The notes under the pieces were generated by a model. The model was not told the origin of the DNA. It ran no database searches and saw only the letters and a program-made list of their open reading frames with translations. A stretch of 64,000 nt of DNA from Actinophytocola sp. (lineage in GTDB: Bacteria; Actinomycetota; Actinomycetes; Mycobacteriales; Pseudonocardiaceae): positions 10,754-74,753 of the forward strand of contig NZ_JBARWZ010000147.1 of the NCBI RefSeq assembly GCF_049647105.1. Reading direction: 5' to 3'. Position 1 is the first letter of the stretch; each line of letters starts with the position of its first letter. Positions 11,801 to 20,114 of the stretch are shown here, one piece after another. The translations under genes were made by a program, and so were the position numbers.

Positions 11801-14800
11801 CCGGCGCGGTGGAGCTGCTGACCGAGCCGGTGCCGTGGGTGCGCAACGGCCACCCCCGCCGGGCGGGCGTCTCGTCGTTCGGTGTCAGCGGCACGAACGC
11901 GCACGTGATCATCGAAGAGGCGCCGACGGCGCCGGTGAGCGAGCCGGAAGACGGGCCACCCGTCGTGCCGTGGGTGCCGTGGGTGCTCTCGGCGCGGACC
12001 GAGCAGGCCCTGCTGGACCAGGCGGCACGACTGAGGTCCTTTGCGGAGTCGAAGCCGGAGCTGGCGCCGGCCGACATCGGCCGGTCGCTCGTGGAGTCCA
12101 GGGTCGGGTTCGACCACCGCGCGGTCGTGTACGGCGCGGACCGGGACGAGTTGCTGCGTGGGCTGGAAGAGCTGACGACCGGCGTGGTGCGGGGCGGCAA
12201 GCTGGCGGTGTTGTTCACCGGCCAGGGCGCGCAGCGGGCCGGGATGGGACAGCGGCTGTACGAGACGTTCCCGGTGTTCGCGGACGCGTTCGACAACGTG
12301 TGTGCGTACTTCGAGACCGACGTCCGCGAGGTGATCCGGTCCGGGGAAGGACTCGACGACACCGGCAACACCCAGCCCGCGTTGTTCGCGTTCGAGGTGG
12401 CGTTGTTCCGGTTGCTGGCGTCGTGGGGTGTCAAACCCGACTACCTGGCCGGGCATTCGATCGGTGAGCTGGCCGCCGCGCATGTGGCCGGGGTGTGGTC
12501 GATCGAGGACGCGTGCACGGTCGTCGCCGCTCGTGGCCGGTTGATGCAGGCGCTGCCGCGTGGTGGCGCGATGATCGCGATCCAGGCGACCGAGGACGAG
12601 ATCGCGCCGCACCTGACCGACACGGTCGGGATCGCGGCGATCAACGGGCCGCGGTCGATCGTGATCTCCGGTGAGGAAACCGCCGCCGAGGCTGTTGCGG
12701 CGCGGTTCGCGGACCGTAAGGCCAAACGGCTCACGGTCTCGCATGCGTTCCACTCGCCGTTGATGGACCCGATGCTCGACGAGTTCCGGGCCGTCGCCCA
12801 AGGCGTGACCTACCACGAGCCGACCATCCCGATCATCGGCGCAGAGCCCACCGACCCCGAGTACTGGGTGCGGCACGTCCGCGGCACCGTCCGGTTCGCC
12901 GACAACATCGCCGCACTCGAGTCGGCCGGGGTCCGCACGTTCGTCGAGGCCGGTCCGGACGCGGTGCTGACCGCGCTGGGCGGCGACGACTTCGTGCCCA
13001 CCGCGCGGCGGGACCGCGACGAGGTCCGCACGGTGGTCGAGGCGCTCGGCGGGCTGCACCAGCGTGGCGTCCGGGTCGACCTGCCCGCGCTGTTCGCTGG
13101 CGCGGGCCGGGTGGACCTGCCGACGTACGCGTTCCAGCACCAGCGGTACTGGCTGATCACGCAGGAGTCGGCGGGCAGCGCGACCGGGCTCGGGCTCGGC
13201 GCGACCGGCCACCCGCTGCTCGGTGCCGCGCTCGGTCTCGCCGACTCGGAGCGGGTCGTGCTCACCGGCAGGCTGTCGCTGCGCGACCACCCGTGGCTCG
13301 CCGACCACGTCGTGCTGGGCACGACGCTGGCACCGGGTGCCGCGCTGGTCGAACTGGCCCGCCGCGCGGCGGAACACACCGGCCTCGACGTCATCGACGA
13401 GCTGACGCTGCACGCACCGCTCGTGCTGAGCGAGACCGACGCGATGCACGTCCAGGTCGAGGTCGGCGAGCCGGACGAGGCCGGACAGCGGCCCGTGCGG
13501 ATCCACTCGCGCCGCGAGGGCGCCGACGACCAGTGGACCCAGCACGCGAGCGGCCTGCTCGCCACCGGCGACCACACTCCCGACCACGTCGGCGAATGGC
13601 CGCCGCCGGGTGCCGACCCGGTGCCGGTGGACGACGTGTACGACCGGATCGCGGACCTCGGCGTCGACTACGGGCCGACGTTCCAGGGCCTCACCGCGGT
13701 GTGGCAGCGCGGGGACGACCTGTTCGCCGAGGTGTCGCTGCCCGACGGGCTCAGCCCGGACAAGTACGGCATCCACCCCGCGCTGCTGGACTCCGCACTG
13801 CACGCGATGTTCGTGCCGGAACGCGAGGACCGGCAGGTGGTGCTCCCGTTCAGCTGGAGCGGCGTGCGGATCGCTGGCACGAGCCCGACGGCGTTGCGTG
13901 TGCGGATCACGAAGACGGGCCAGGACGCGTACGCGCTGACGCTCACCGACCGCACCGGCGCGCCGGTGGCGAGCGTGGAGACCCTCGTCGCGCGGCCGGT
14001 CAGCGCGGACGCGCTGAACTCCGGCCCGGACTCGCTGTACCGGCTGGACTGGGTGCCCGCTGGCCCCGCGTCCGACCCCGTCACCGCGGAAATCCTGCGC
14101 GTCGAGACCGACGATGTCGGCCAGGCCGTGCACGAGACGCTGGCGGCGCTGCGGAACGCACCCGACCGGCTGGCCGTGGTCACCCATGGCGCGACGACCG
14201 GCGAGAACCTGGCCGGTGCCGCGGTGTGGGGCCTGGTCCGCTCCGCGCAGACCGAGCAGCCGGACCGGTTCGTCCTCGTCGACACCGACGGTGACCTCGA
14301 CGCGGCACTCGCGTCCGGTGAGCCGCAGGTCGCGGTCCGCGACGGCAAACTGCTGGTGCCCCGCCTGGCCAAGGCGACGTCCACTTCGGACGGACGACTG
14401 TTCGACCCGGACGGCACGATCCTGATCACCGGCGGCACCGGCGCCCTGAGCGCGGCACTGGCCCGCCACCTGATCACCGAGCACGGCGCGCGGCACCTGG
14501 TGCTGACCTCCCGCCGCGGCCCGGCGGCACCGGGAGCGGCGGAGCTGATCGCGGAGCTCGGCGTCGAGATCGTCGCCTGCGACGCCGCCGACCGGGACGC
14601 GCTCAAGACGTTGCTGGACGGCATCCCGAACCTCGCGGGCGTGATCCACGCGGCGGGCGTCGTCGACGACGGCACGATCGAGTCGCTGACCCCCGACCAG
14701 GTGGACGCGGTGCTGCGCCCGAAGGTCGACGCGGCGATGAACCTGCACGAGCTGGCCGGTGACGTCGAACTGTTCGTACTGTTCTCGTCGGCGACGGGCA

Positions 14801-15681
14801 TCCTCGGTACGGCGGGACAGGCGAACTACGCGGCGGCGAACGCGTTCCTGGACGGGCTCGCCATGCGACGGCACGCGGCGGGCCTGCCAGCGGTGTCGCT
14901 GTCGTGGGGCCTGTGGGCGCAGGACAGCGCGATGACGGCAAACCTCACCGAGGCGGACCTGGCCCGCATCAACCGAGGCGGCGTGCACGCGCACACCGTC
15001 GAGGAGGGCCTCGCGCTGTTCGACGCGGCGTGCCGGTCCGGTGAGCCACACCTGGTGCCGGTGAAGCTGGACCAGCGAACCCTGCGCACGGCGACGAACG
15101 TGGCACCCCCGCTGCGGTCGTTCGTGAAGGCCCGCCGCCAGACCAAGGCAGCGGTGGTCCCGCTGGCACAGCAACTGGCGGGCCGCACAGAGGAAGAGCA
15201 GCGCACACTGCTGCTGGACCTGGTGCGCACGAACGTGGCGACGGTCCTGGCACACGGCACCCCGGACACGATCTCGGCGGACCAGCAGTTCAAGCAGCTG
15301 GGCTTCGACTCGCTGACCGCGGTGGAGCTGAGGAACCGCCTGAACACGGCGACCGGCATGCGCCTGCCCGCCACGCTCACGTTCGACTACCCGACCCCAC
15401 AGGCGCTGGTGGCGCACCTGTTGTCCGAGGTGGGCGGCAGCCAGACGAAACTGCGCCTCCGCACCCTGGTCGACACGATCGCCAAACTGGAGACCGCACT
15501 GGAGGGCATCGAGTCCAAGGACACGGAGGACACCGACATCGCCGCGTCCCTCCAGCGCCTGCTCACCAAGTGGCGAGACAAGTCGCAAGCCGCCCCATCC
15601 CAGGAGAAGGACGACCTGGACGAAATCACGGCCGACGACCTCTTCGACCTACTGGACGACGAACTGGGCGACGTGGCCTAA
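2881..15681 (+). CDS. Modular type I polyketide synthase: loading [acyl-AMP-ligase-like A, degenerate KR, ACP] + 2 x [KS-AT-DH-KR-ACP] + C-terminal docking tail, no TE
   Basis: 4266-aa ORF. Approximate nt ranges: A 2881-4400 ([19 protein letters not shown]); KR-like fossil 4430-5400; ACP 5470-5690 (LGFDSLAAV). Module 1: KS1 5737-7010 ([23 protein letters not shown]); AT1 7270-8130 (GHSIGE, HAFH = malonyl type); DH1 8280-9130 ([21 protein letters not shown]); KR1 9250-10100 ([17 protein letters not shown]); ACP 10370-10600. Module 2: KS2 10649-11930; AT2 12190-13050 (GHSIGE, HAFH); DH2 13200-14000; KR2 14150-14930; ACP 15200-15430. Acidic helical docking tail to 15678. The two extension modules are close paralogues with long identical nt runs. 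Confidence 0.95.
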   Translation: MPRTELLRPLPELLSENASRYGERVAFADSRRTVTHADLATRTARLAGHLTDLGVWPSDRVAVLLDGADGVAAVESIVAIGRSSAIAVPLDPALDDTELARLVADSGADTVITGAALAHRVTALAPAPQNVIVVGGPADGTTASFEELATTEPDSAPNDDLALDDLAFLVYTAGTTGPRKGVLSTQRNALWSMAAAYAPVVGLSEEDSLLWPLPVHGGLAHHLAVLAPIVVGASVRFADPVDLLAALADSTIVAGTPRILATLLDSPAPNLRAGLAVGAASDADLRTNFASAFSAPLLDVYTTTETCGPVALTWPRGEDTQASRCLPVPGLSVRIVDPLTGTDMGTGQEGELWVSGPNVMAGGYHNLPDATASVLRTGWYRTGDLARRDESGYLTVTGRLSDVIVVGDERVRPERAEAVLRAVAGVTDAAVAGRPDDELGATAVAFVVGEPDPAALLTACRDQLPPAAAPVEVFAVPAIPRTAAGEISRHRLLDLPARLLATTATGELFTLDWEPVANAVDSEPGDWVLVGPGALATDTEVFADTYPDLPALAEAVAAGRAAPDVACVELDADGMPPGEPRAFLADEQVAVTRLVLLTRGAVHAGGYSPEPGLAAAWAHAREIQKRYPCRIALVDADAVSPHALRGAVGSGHDEVAIRVEDLLRPRFTPVPATTGGQALGGTAVLVGKADEVLARHLTEAHGTTVVTAEDAAALAAILADRTGGAAVTAVVCTDPEPGTAQFAHEQTLALDLSAFVLLTTGYDTPATAFADALARHRAVLGLPSVAITWSPTGFLTLPEDRRTAMFDLALAAGAPSVVAARRNELATGSTAMLNAPGAEATLAALRDRLLTQTAADRTRTVLDLVHTETIAVLDSQAPATLDAETPFRQLGFDSLAAVQLRGRLCAATGLDLPATLIFDYPTPDTLVEHLLAELGVGDVTEQATTTVTARYDDPIAIVGMGCRFPGGVRTPDELWQLVVDGVDAVSAFPTDRGWDLAALFAGDGPGTISAQAGGFLHDAADFDAEFFGISPREALAMDPQQRLLLETSWEALERAGIDPTGLRGTDTGVFAGVPVQHYGRGGHAEEDGVEGFLITGIASSVASGRIAYVMGLEGPAMTVDTACSSSLVALHLAVQALRSGECSLAIAGGVTVMSGPETFTEFSRQGGLSPDGRCKAFSEDADGTGWSEGAGMLVVERLSDAQRNGHQVLAVLRGTAINQDGASNGLTAPNGPSQQRVIRQALANAGLAASDVDAVEAHGTGTMLGDPIEAQALLATYGQDRDRPLWLGSLKSNIGHAQAAAGVGGVIKMVMALRNEVLPRTLHVGEPTKKVNWSAGAMSLLTEPAEWPAGALVRRAGVSSFGMSGTNAHVIIEEAPPAEVTEPATTPPVVPWVLTARSEQALRAQALRLKSFVESRPALLPAQVGRSLLDTRARFDHRMVVTGADRDDLLVGLVSGTPFTGASGKLAVLFTGQGAQRAAMGQRLYGAFPVFAAAFDEVCAHFDPGLRDVIESGEGLDDTGNTQPALFAIEVALYRLLESWGVRPDYLAGHSIGELAAAHVAGVWSLEDACTVVAARGRLMRELPRGGAMIAIQATEAEIIPHLTDTVDIAAINGPDSLVISGDEGAAQAIAAVFTTQGRKTKQLTVSHAFHSPLMDPMLGEFRAVAESVTYHEPAIPIVGAEPTDPEYWVRHVRGTVRFADAVAALEAAGVRTFVEAGPDAVLTALTGSPQAIPLLRANRDELRTVADAFGRLAAVTTVDSAAFFPGAGVVELPTYAFQRRSYWLRPANLGDLGAAGLTATGHPLLGAMLGVADSDRLVLTWRLSLQAQPWLADHAVLDSILLPGTAFVELAGRAAEYNGHAAIEELTLRAPLRLTHETPMDLQVWTGRPDEHGRRTVEVYSRPADSGGGTDGEWTCHAAGVLTDDEVAAPATVDTEWPPSGAEPATTGDFYDWLLSRGFTYGPAFQGVQDVWQRGEELYAQVTLREDEQSGAARFGVHPALLDAAMHPMVLHLDKSTQKAQAWLPFSWRGVRLHRSGATALRVRLVPDGASSVRVSATDDDGNPVLDMESVALRPVSTDQLGGATTPEAALYTNEWVTVPTPSGRDTAGTGIHPIEAGTAVREAVFGTLAALRDSLTGDDRLAVVTRPDDLAGSAVAGLVRSAQTEHPDRFVLIETAGDLVDAAIASGEPQVAVRDGALTVPRLTRAETATSDDRLFDPAGTVLLTGGTGALGGALARHLITEHGARHLVLTSRRGLDAPGATGLRDELTELGARVEIAACDAADRDALAALLATIPHLAGVVHAAGVLDDGILESLTEERVDAVLAPKVDAALNLHELTGDRDTVELFVLFSSVASILGTAGQANYAAANAFLDGLAVHRHAQGKAATALSWGLWEQDSAMTANLTEADRARLNRGGVLPHSVADGLAMFDAACRTGLPHLVPVTLDLAALRTATTAPPPLQGMVKTPRKRTTGKPTAAALTERLAGRTEDERRTFLLEVVRTQVASVLAMPDPDALTATHAFKQLGFDSLTAVELRNRLNTATGLRLPATLTFDYPTPESLVEFLLAELGEGQEQQAVAARVVATDEPLAIVGMACRYPGGVSTPDELWEMLTAGADGVTPFPADRGWDLANLFDPDPDTPGTSYVDQGGFLLDAAEFDAEFFGISPREALAMDPQQRVFLETCWEALERGGLDPATLRGTATGVFTGLMTHDYAARSSAVPDGVEGFWGTGTAGSVASGRVAYTLGFEGPAVTIDTACSSSLVSLHLAAQALRSGECSLALAGGVTVMATPGLYVEFSRQRGLAKDGRCKAFSSAADGTAWAEGVGVLVVERLSDARRNGHPVLALLRGSAVNQDGASNGLTAPNGPSQQRVIRSALAGSGLTPSDVDAVEAHGTGTSLGDPIEAQALIATYGQDRDRPLWLGSLKSNIGHTQAAAGVGGIIKMVLAMRNNLLPRTLHVEEPSDKIDWSAGAVELLTEPVPWVRNGHPRRAGVSSFGVSGTNAHVIIEEAPTAPVSEPEDGPPVVPWVPWVLSARTEQALLDQAARLRSFAESKPELAPADIGRSLVESRVGFDHRAVVYGADRDELLRGLEELTTGVVRGGKLAVLFTGQGAQRAGMGQRLYETFPVFADAFDNVCAYFETDVREVIRSGEGLDDTGNTQPALFAFEVALFRLLASWGVKPDYLAGHSIGELAAAHVAGVWSIEDACTVVAARGRLMQALPRGGAMIAIQATEDEIAPHLTDTVGIAAINGPRSIVISGEETAAEAVAARFADRKAKRLTVSHAFHSPLMDPMLDEFRAVAQGVTYHEPTIPIIGAEPTDPEYWVRHVRGTVRFADNIAALESAGVRTFVEAGPDAVLTALGGDDFVPTARRDRDEVRTVVEALGGLHQRGVRVDLPALFAGAGRVDLPTYAFQHQRYWLITQESAGSATGLGLGATGHPLLGAALGLADSERVVLTGRLSLRDHPWLADHVVLGTTLAPGAALVELARRAAEHTGLDVIDELTLHAPLVLSETDAMHVQVEVGEPDEAGQRPVRIHSRREGADDQWTQHASGLLATGDHTPDHVGEWPPPGADPVPVDDVYDRIADLGVDYGPTFQGLTAVWQRGDDLFAEVSLPDGLSPDKYGIHPALLDSALHAMFVPEREDRQVVLPFSWSGVRIAGTSPTALRVRITKTGQDAYALTLTDRTGAPVASVETLVARPVSADALNSGPDSLYRLDWVPAGPASDPVTAEILRVETDDVGQAVHETLAALRNAPDRLAVVTHGATTGENLAGAAVWGLVRSAQTEQPDRFVLVDTDGDLDAALASGEPQVAVRDGKLLVPRLAKATSTSDGRLFDPDGTILITGGTGALSAALARHLITEHGARHLVLTSRRGPAAPGAAELIAELGVEIVACDAADRDALKTLLDGIPNLAGVIHAAGVVDDGTIESLTPDQVDAVLRPKVDAAMNLHELAGDVELFVLFSSATGILGTAGQANYAAANAFLDGLAMRRHAAGLPAVSLSWGLWAQDSAMTANLTEADLARINRGGVHAHTVEEGLALFDAACRSGEPHLVPVKLDQRTLRTATNVAPPLRSFVKARRQTKAAVVPLAQQLAGRTEEEQRTLLLDLVRTNVATVLAHGTPDTISADQQFKQLGFDSLTAVELRNRLNTATGMRLPATLTFDYPTPQALVAHLLSEVGGSQTKLRLRTLVDTIAKLETALEGIESKDTEDTDIAASLQRLLTKWRDKSQAAPSQEKDDLDEITADDLFDLLDDELGDVA

Positions 15682-15810
15682 CCCCCGCCCCGCAGGGCGC
15701 GATGCTGATCAGGCGCTTTCAGGACGTCGAACGCCTCAAAGCGCCTAATCAGGGACATCCGCATCGCATCCCGAGAAGGGCGCAAGCCCGCCACCAAGGG
15801 GCTCCCTTCC

Positions 15811-15855
15811 ATCCCGGAGACCTGCCCCTCCGGCGAAGAGCCGCCGGAGGCAAAC
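15811..15855 (+). repeat. 45-bp dispersed intergenic element, copy A (contains hairpin CCTCCGGCG-N6-CGCCGGAGG at 15827-15850)
   Basis: atcccggagacctgcccctccggcgaagagccgccggaggcaaac matches 38082-38126 at 43 of 45 positions. It lies between the convergent PKS and membrane-protein genes, so it probably acts as a bidirectional terminator. ccggaggcaaac recurs at 15870-15881. Confidence 0.6.
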
Positions 15856-15909
15856 CCAGTGAGAAGCCCCCGGAGGCAAACCGGTGAGGCAAAACGCAAG
15901 CAGGCTCGG

Positions 15910-16425
15910 TCAGGTGAACAGCCAGCCGAACGCGGTGTGGGTCGCGAGTACCAGCAGTGCGCTCCACGTGGTCGCGCCGACCACCAGCCACACCAGCAAC
16001 CGCTGACGCGCCAAGCCGAGCGCGGACCCCAGCACCGCGGACACCCACGTCCCGAACAACGCGGGCCCGACCAGCCCGAAACCGGCAGGCCCGAACCGGG
16101 TCAGCACCCGGCGCGCCTTCTCCATCCTGGCCGCCCGCCGCACCGCGGCGCGCTCCGCGCGTTCTTCCGGATCCCCCTGACGACGGCGCCGCAGACGGCG
16201 GATGAGACGAACCAGCAGGAGATGACGGAAGACACGCAGCCGAGGACGTCGGCGCGCACGCAGCCACTCCATCGCGAACAACGCGATCACGAAGCTCGCC
16301 GCCGCGCTCGCCGACACCGCGAGCACCGTCGCCCAGGCAGGCAGCCGCAACGCAAGCCCGACCGGCGCGGCGGTGGACGGGCCCGCGAAGAAGCCGGTCA
16401 GCCACACAGACCAGAAGCGCCCCAC
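15910..16425 (-). CDS. Small integral membrane protein (small multidrug-export / COG2426-like)
   Basis: GTG 16425 lies 7 nt after AGGGAGG; the track start at 16497 would overlap the upstream gene. Several hydrophobic helices and an Arg-rich loop. GPALFGTWVSAVLGSALGL resembles the PxxGTGaWtGa motif of that family. Last gene of the SARP/ScoD/ScoC-like operon. Confidence 0.55.
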   Translation of the reverse strand: MGRFWSVWLTGFFAGPSTAAPVGLALRLPAWATVLAVSASAAASFVIALFAMEWLRARRRPRLRVFRHLLLVRLIRRLRRRRQGDPEERAERAAVRRAARMEKARRVLTRFGPAGFGLVGPALFGTWVSAVLGSALGLARQRLLVWLVVGATTWSALLVLATHTAFGWLFT

Positions 16426-16493
16426 GGCGACCTCCCTGAACAGCGCGGGAGGCGCGCCCGGACAACTCCAGGACGCGCCTCCCGCGGCAGGTC

Positions 16494-18062
16494 TCAACTC
16501 ACTCGGCGCTCTTCGCCTTGCCAGAAGCGCTCGCGCAGCTCGCGGCGCAGGATCTTGCCGCTCGGGTTGCGTGGCACCTTCTCGATGAACTCGTACCGCA
16601 GCGGCTGCTTGAACGTCGCCAGCTTGCCCGTGAGGAACAGGGCCAGCTCGCGCTCCGTCAACGTCTCGCCCTCGACCGGGACGACGAAGGCGTGCACGAT
16701 CTCGCCCCAGCGCTCGTCCGGGACGCCGACGACCGCGGACTCCGCGACCTTCTCGTGCTTGCCGATGACGTTCTCGATCTCGGCGGGGTACACGTTCTCG
16801 CCCGCGACGATGATCATGTCCTTGATGCGGTCGCGGATGAACAGGTAGCCGTCCTCGTCGAGGACGCCAGCGTCACCCGTCACGACCCAGCCGTCGACCA
16901 GCGTCTTCGCGGTGGCCTCCGGCAGGTTCCAGTACTCCAGCATCGCCGCGGGGGTACGCAGCCACACCTCGCCCACCTCACCGGCGGGCAGCGGGTTGCC
17001 ATCGGCGTCCGCGACCTTCACGTCGAAGCTCGGGTAGGCGCGGCCCGCGGCCTGCATCCGCCCGCTGTCCGGCGTGTGGTCGGCAGGCGGCAGGCACATC
17101 GCGGTGTTGCCGGTCTCCGTCAGCCCGTAGATCTGGGCGAACTCGCAACCGAACCCCTCGACGCACCTGGCGAGCAGCGCAGCGGAGATCGGGGCGCCGC
17201 CGTAGATGACCTTGCGCAGCGTGGTGAAGTCGTCCTTCGTCACGCCGGGCTCGGCGAGCAGGAGCCGCATCATCGCGGGCACCAGACATGCCGTCGTGAC
17301 GCCGAGTGTCCTGATCAGCTCCACCGCGCCCGCCGTGGTGAACTCCCGCATCACGACGTTGGTGGCACCCGCCGTGAAACCCTGCGTCGCCCACCAGATG
17401 CCGCCGATGTGGAAGCCCGCCATGCCGATGAGGCTGACATCCTCGGGGTAGAAGTCGATCCACTTCTCCCCGGCCTCGGCGAGTGCGTTGCGTACCGCGA
17501 AGAAGCTGCGGTGCCCGAGCACGACACCCTTCGGCAGTCCGGTGGTGCCGCTCGTGTACATCTGCACGAGCGGCGTGTCCGGCGTGACCCGGCCGAGCAC
17601 GTTCGTGTCCGGCTGCGCCGCCAGCCACGACGTGAACCCGGCGCCCGGCGCGTCCGGCGTGTCCAGCCGTACCACGGTGGTCAGCTGCGGCAGCTCAGGC
17701 GCGAGCCGGTCCGCAGTGGCCTCCGCCGCGGTGTCGGCGAACAGCACCGTGGTGCCCGAGTCGCGCAGGATGTGCTCGACCTCGTCGGCGGCGAGTCGCC
17801 AGTTGATCGGCACCAGCACGGCACCGCACTTCGCGGCGCCGAACAGCAGCTCGTAGTAGTGCTCGGACTCCTTGCCCAGGTAGGCGACGCGGTCACCCGC
17901 GCGGACACCGCCGGCCTGGAGGCCGTGCGCGACCTGGTTGCTCACCCGGTGCAGCCCGGCGTAGTCGGTCCGGCGACCCTCGCAGATCATCGCGACCGCG
18001 TCCGGCTGCTTCGCGGCATGGGCTCGCACCACGTCGACGAGCGTCCGCAACTGGGGTGCCAC
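16494..18062 (-). CDS. Fatty acyl-AMP / acyl-ACP ligase, FadD10/ScoC-like
   Basis: AMP-binding motifs YTSGTTGLPKGVVLGHRSFFAV, FHIGGIWW, YGLTETG, GWVVTGDAG and PSGKILRRELR. The RSFFAV..EAGEKWI and HIGGIWW segments match what I recall of M. tuberculosis FadD10. The best start is GTG 18062, preceded by AGGAGGA; the track start at 18080 is a TTG. Confidence 0.85.
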   Translation of the reverse strand: MAPQLRTLVDVVRAHAAKQPDAVAMICEGRRTDYAGLHRVSNQVAHGLQAGGVRAGDRVAYLGKESEHYYELLFGAAKCGAVLVPINWRLAADEVEHILRDSGTTVLFADTAAEATADRLAPELPQLTTVVRLDTPDAPGAGFTSWLAAQPDTNVLGRVTPDTPLVQMYTSGTTGLPKGVVLGHRSFFAVRNALAEAGEKWIDFYPEDVSLIGMAGFHIGGIWWATQGFTAGATNVVMREFTTAGAVELIRTLGVTTACLVPAMMRLLLAEPGVTKDDFTTLRKVIYGGAPISAALLARCVEGFGCEFAQIYGLTETGNTAMCLPPADHTPDSGRMQAAGRAYPSFDVKVADADGNPLPAGEVGEVWLRTPAAMLEYWNLPEATAKTLVDGWVVTGDAGVLDEDGYLFIRDRIKDMIIVAGENVYPAEIENVIGKHEKVAESAVVGVPDERWGEIVHAFVVPVEGETLTERELALFLTGKLATFKQPLRYEFIEKVPRNPSGKILRRELRERFWQGEERRVS

Positions 18063-18185
18063 GATGTCCTCCTGTGTCAATTTGGTCGCTTCGCTCCTCC
18101 GCTAAGCCACCGTCTTCCCTCCTGCGCGCGGAAGCCCCTGGGCTCGTACCTCGCGCAGGGACTTCCGTACTCCGAAAGGTGCTGG

Positions 18186-18800
18186 TCAGGCCGCGCGCAG
18201 CTTCATGCCAGGCGGGTCGACCAGTGCCATCCGGACCTCACCCTCGGCGTAGCCGCCGTTCTCGTCCCAGAAGCGCCACGGCATGTCGACCTTCAGGACC
18301 GGACGGCTGCGGTTGGTCTCGGCGAACTCGGCGAAGGACACCTCACCACTGAAGTCCGCCGAGTCGATCGGGCGCTTGAAGTTGCTGGAGAACCTCGCGA
18401 TGAGGATGTCCGGCAGCTGCTTGGCCCAGTAGTCCTCCATCGACCACGCGTCGAACGCGCTGAGCGCGCGCTCCTGCACGCACTTGGCGATCAGGTAGTA
18501 CATCAGCTGGTTGAAGCAGATGTTCACCTCGACCGAGTTGAGGTGGCCCGTGTCGTCGATGTAGCAGGGGAACGGGATGGCGAACCGGCCCTCCGCGCTC
18601 GCCAGCCCGTCCGACACCGCCACCGTCGCCGACTTCAGGTACTCGGTCTTCGGGCGCGCATAAGGGCGCAGTACGTCCGAGAGCAGTGCCGGGTCGTTGG
18701 CGAAGTTCGTTTCGCCGGAATTGTTGTTCGGCAATACTGTCATCATTTCCTCCTCGGCGCGCCCACGCGATTCGAATCGACCGTAATCGGTGCTGGTCAT
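18186..18800 (-). CDS. FcoT/ScoD-family hotdog-fold protein (Rv0098-like; glycine Michael-addition enzyme of isonitrile pathways)
   Basis: DTGHLNSVEVNICFNQLMY, SMEDYWAKQLPDILIARFSSNFKRP and FWDENGGYAEGEV correspond to the motifs I recall for Rv0098 (STGHFNAVELILCFNQLAY, FWDENGG). ATG 18800 overlaps the SARP stop (ATGA). The alternative ATGs at 18746/18743, just after GAGGAGGAA, give a 185-186-aa product closer to the family length. Confidence 0.85.
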   Translation of the reverse strand: MTSTDYGRFESRGRAEEEMMTVLPNNNSGETNFANDPALLSDVLRPYARPKTEYLKSATVAVSDGLASAEGRFAIPFPCYIDDTGHLNSVEVNICFNQLMYYLIAKCVQERALSAFDAWSMEDYWAKQLPDILIARFSSNFKRPIDSADFSGEVSFAEFAETNRSRPVLKVDMPWRFWDENGGYAEGEVRMALVDPPGMKLRAA

Positions 18801-19933
18801 CCCCCGGTAACAGCGGACGAATTGTCGCGCCGCCGCGGCTGCTGACCGGACCGCACGAGCCGGTCGAGCAGCATGTCGGAGGTGAGCGACCGGTCGGCCA
18901 GCACCGGGTCGGTCGACAGCAGGGCCATGTGCAGCGCCCGGATCCGGTCGGATGGCTCGATGCCCAGCTCGTGCAGCATCCGCTGCCGGAAGCGCATGAA
19001 GACCTCCAGCGCGGCGGACGCCCGGCCCGCCCGGTACAGCGCGATCATCAGCATCGTGTGGGCCGACTCGTGCAGCGGGTGCTCGACGACGAGCGAGGCC
19101 AGCTCGCTGATCATCTCACGGTGCCTGCCGATGCACAGGTCCGCGTCGATCCTGGTGGTGTGCGCGTAGAACCGGCGCTCCTCCAGTCGTGCGACCTGGG
19201 CCCGCAGAAGGGTTCCCCACTGTCCATGATGGACCACGTTGCCGCGCCACAGGGCCAGCGAGCGCCGCAGGTCGGTGGCGGCCTTGTCGTAGTCGCCTGC
19301 GTGCATCGCGGCCGAGCCCGCCGTGACCAGCTGATCGAACTCGGTGATGTCGAGCTGCTGCGGGTCGACCCGCAGCACGTAACCACCGGAGCAGGTCTGC
19401 AGCACGTCGCTGGTGATGTACTCGACGGACAGGCCGAGCACGGAACGGAATAGCCTGCGCAGCTTGAACATGTAGGTCTGCAGCGTCGAGTGCGCGGTGC
19501 GTGGGGCGCCGTCACTCCACAGCTCCCGCGCCAGCACGGACGCGCCGACCGGCTTGTTGGCGTTGAACAGCAACGTGGACAGGATCAGCCGCAGCTTCGG
19601 CGCGCTCGGCGCCACGTCCAGTTCCCCGTGCCGGATGACCAGCGGTCCGAGCAGTTCGAAGCGCAGGTCGGCGAGCGGGTTCTGCTCGGGGGTGCGGGGT
19701 CGCACCAGCGTGTTGGCCTCGGCGGCCGTGTCCTCGTCGGGTCCGGGGGGTGATGTCGTCTCCAGGAGAGTCGCGAGGAGGGCGAGCTTCTCCTCGTGCG
19801 TCATCATTCCCAGCTCATCTAATTTGGTAACCATTTTCGGGACCTCGCTATCAGCCAGATCCACCGCACTTTCCGCCGCCGACGGGGTGTACCGGCGGGA
19901 TAGTCCCGGCAGGATGCGACGATCGGTGAACAT
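18797..19933 (-). CDS. SARP-family regulator with about 95-aa N-terminal extension
   Basis: LRFELLGPLVIRHGELDV...KLRLILSTLL winged helix plus BTAD (LWRGNVV..., ALYRAGRASAALEVFMRFRQRMLHELGIEPS). The start is uncertain: ATG 19933 has a poor RBS, while ATG 19834 (MVTKLDEL) has GAGG 9 nt upstream. Confidence 0.85.
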   Translation of the reverse strand: MFTDRRILPGLSRRYTPSAAESAVDLADSEVPKMVTKLDELGMMTHEEKLALLATLLETTSPPGPDEDTAAEANTLVRPRTPEQNPLADLRFELLGPLVIRHGELDVAPSAPKLRLILSTLLFNANKPVGASVLARELWSDGAPRTAHSTLQTYMFKLRRLFRSVLGLSVEYITSDVLQTCSGGYVLRVDPQQLDITEFDQLVTAGSAAMHAGDYDKAATDLRRSLALWRGNVVHHGQWGTLLRAQVARLEERRFYAHTTRIDADLCIGRHREMISELASLVVEHPLHESAHTMLMIALYRAGRASAALEVFMRFRQRMLHELGIEPSDRIRALHMALLSTDPVLADRSLTSDMLLDRLVRSGQQPRRRDNSSAVTGG

Positions 19934-20073
19934 GGATATCAGGACATCATCACGGTATTCCGAGGCGGCGCCGTGCCGATAGTGACGCCGTCATAAATGG
20001 GCAGTGAGTAACCGAGATGCAGCACATGAGTGGTGCACTTGTCCAGTAGTACGTGCGCGACGCACGCTTGGGC

Positions 20074-20102
20074 TCAAGCGAGGCTCAAGCGGCGGTCAAG
20101 TG
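20074..20102 (+). promoter_or_regulatory. Three 11-bp-phased heptamers TCAAGCG / TCAAGCG / TCAAGTG
   Basis: Heptamers at 20074, 20085 and 20096, one mismatch from the SARP-box consensus TCGAGCG. They end 1 nt before the RBS GAGGAGA (20104-20110) of the YcaO gene, so their position is atypical for a SARP-activated promoter. Confidence 0.3.
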
Positions 20103-20114
20103 CGAGGAGAAGTC

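Noticed and set aside
5737-15430. The two PKS modules as a reportable anomalous repeat.
   Set aside because: They are a real tandem duplication of about 4.9 kb with long identical runs (for example aaccaggacggcgcgtcgaacgggctgaccgcgccgaacgggccgtc in both KS domains). This is normal for modular PKS genes, so it is noted under the CDS rather than as a finding.
16518-18845. 775-aa plus-strand ORF across the ligase and ScoD-like genes.
   Set aside because: It is antisense to two genes with clear family motifs and RBSs. Its own product is low-complexity (R/G/D/V-rich) and it has no RBS.
20004-20114. Upstream extensions offered by the ORF track for several genes: YcaO 20004, SARP 1839, SagB 22112, sigma 27343, permease 30075, MFS 32695, NRPS 36411, dioxygenase 37663, hydrolase 39063, ATPase 41706, membrane protein 42949, amidohydrolase 62635, VWA 63426.
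   Set aside because: The extensions lack RBSs, overlap upstream genes or promoters, and add Arg/Pro-rich sequence not seen in the families. Internal starts with Shine-Dalgarno sequences or coupling overlaps fit much better.
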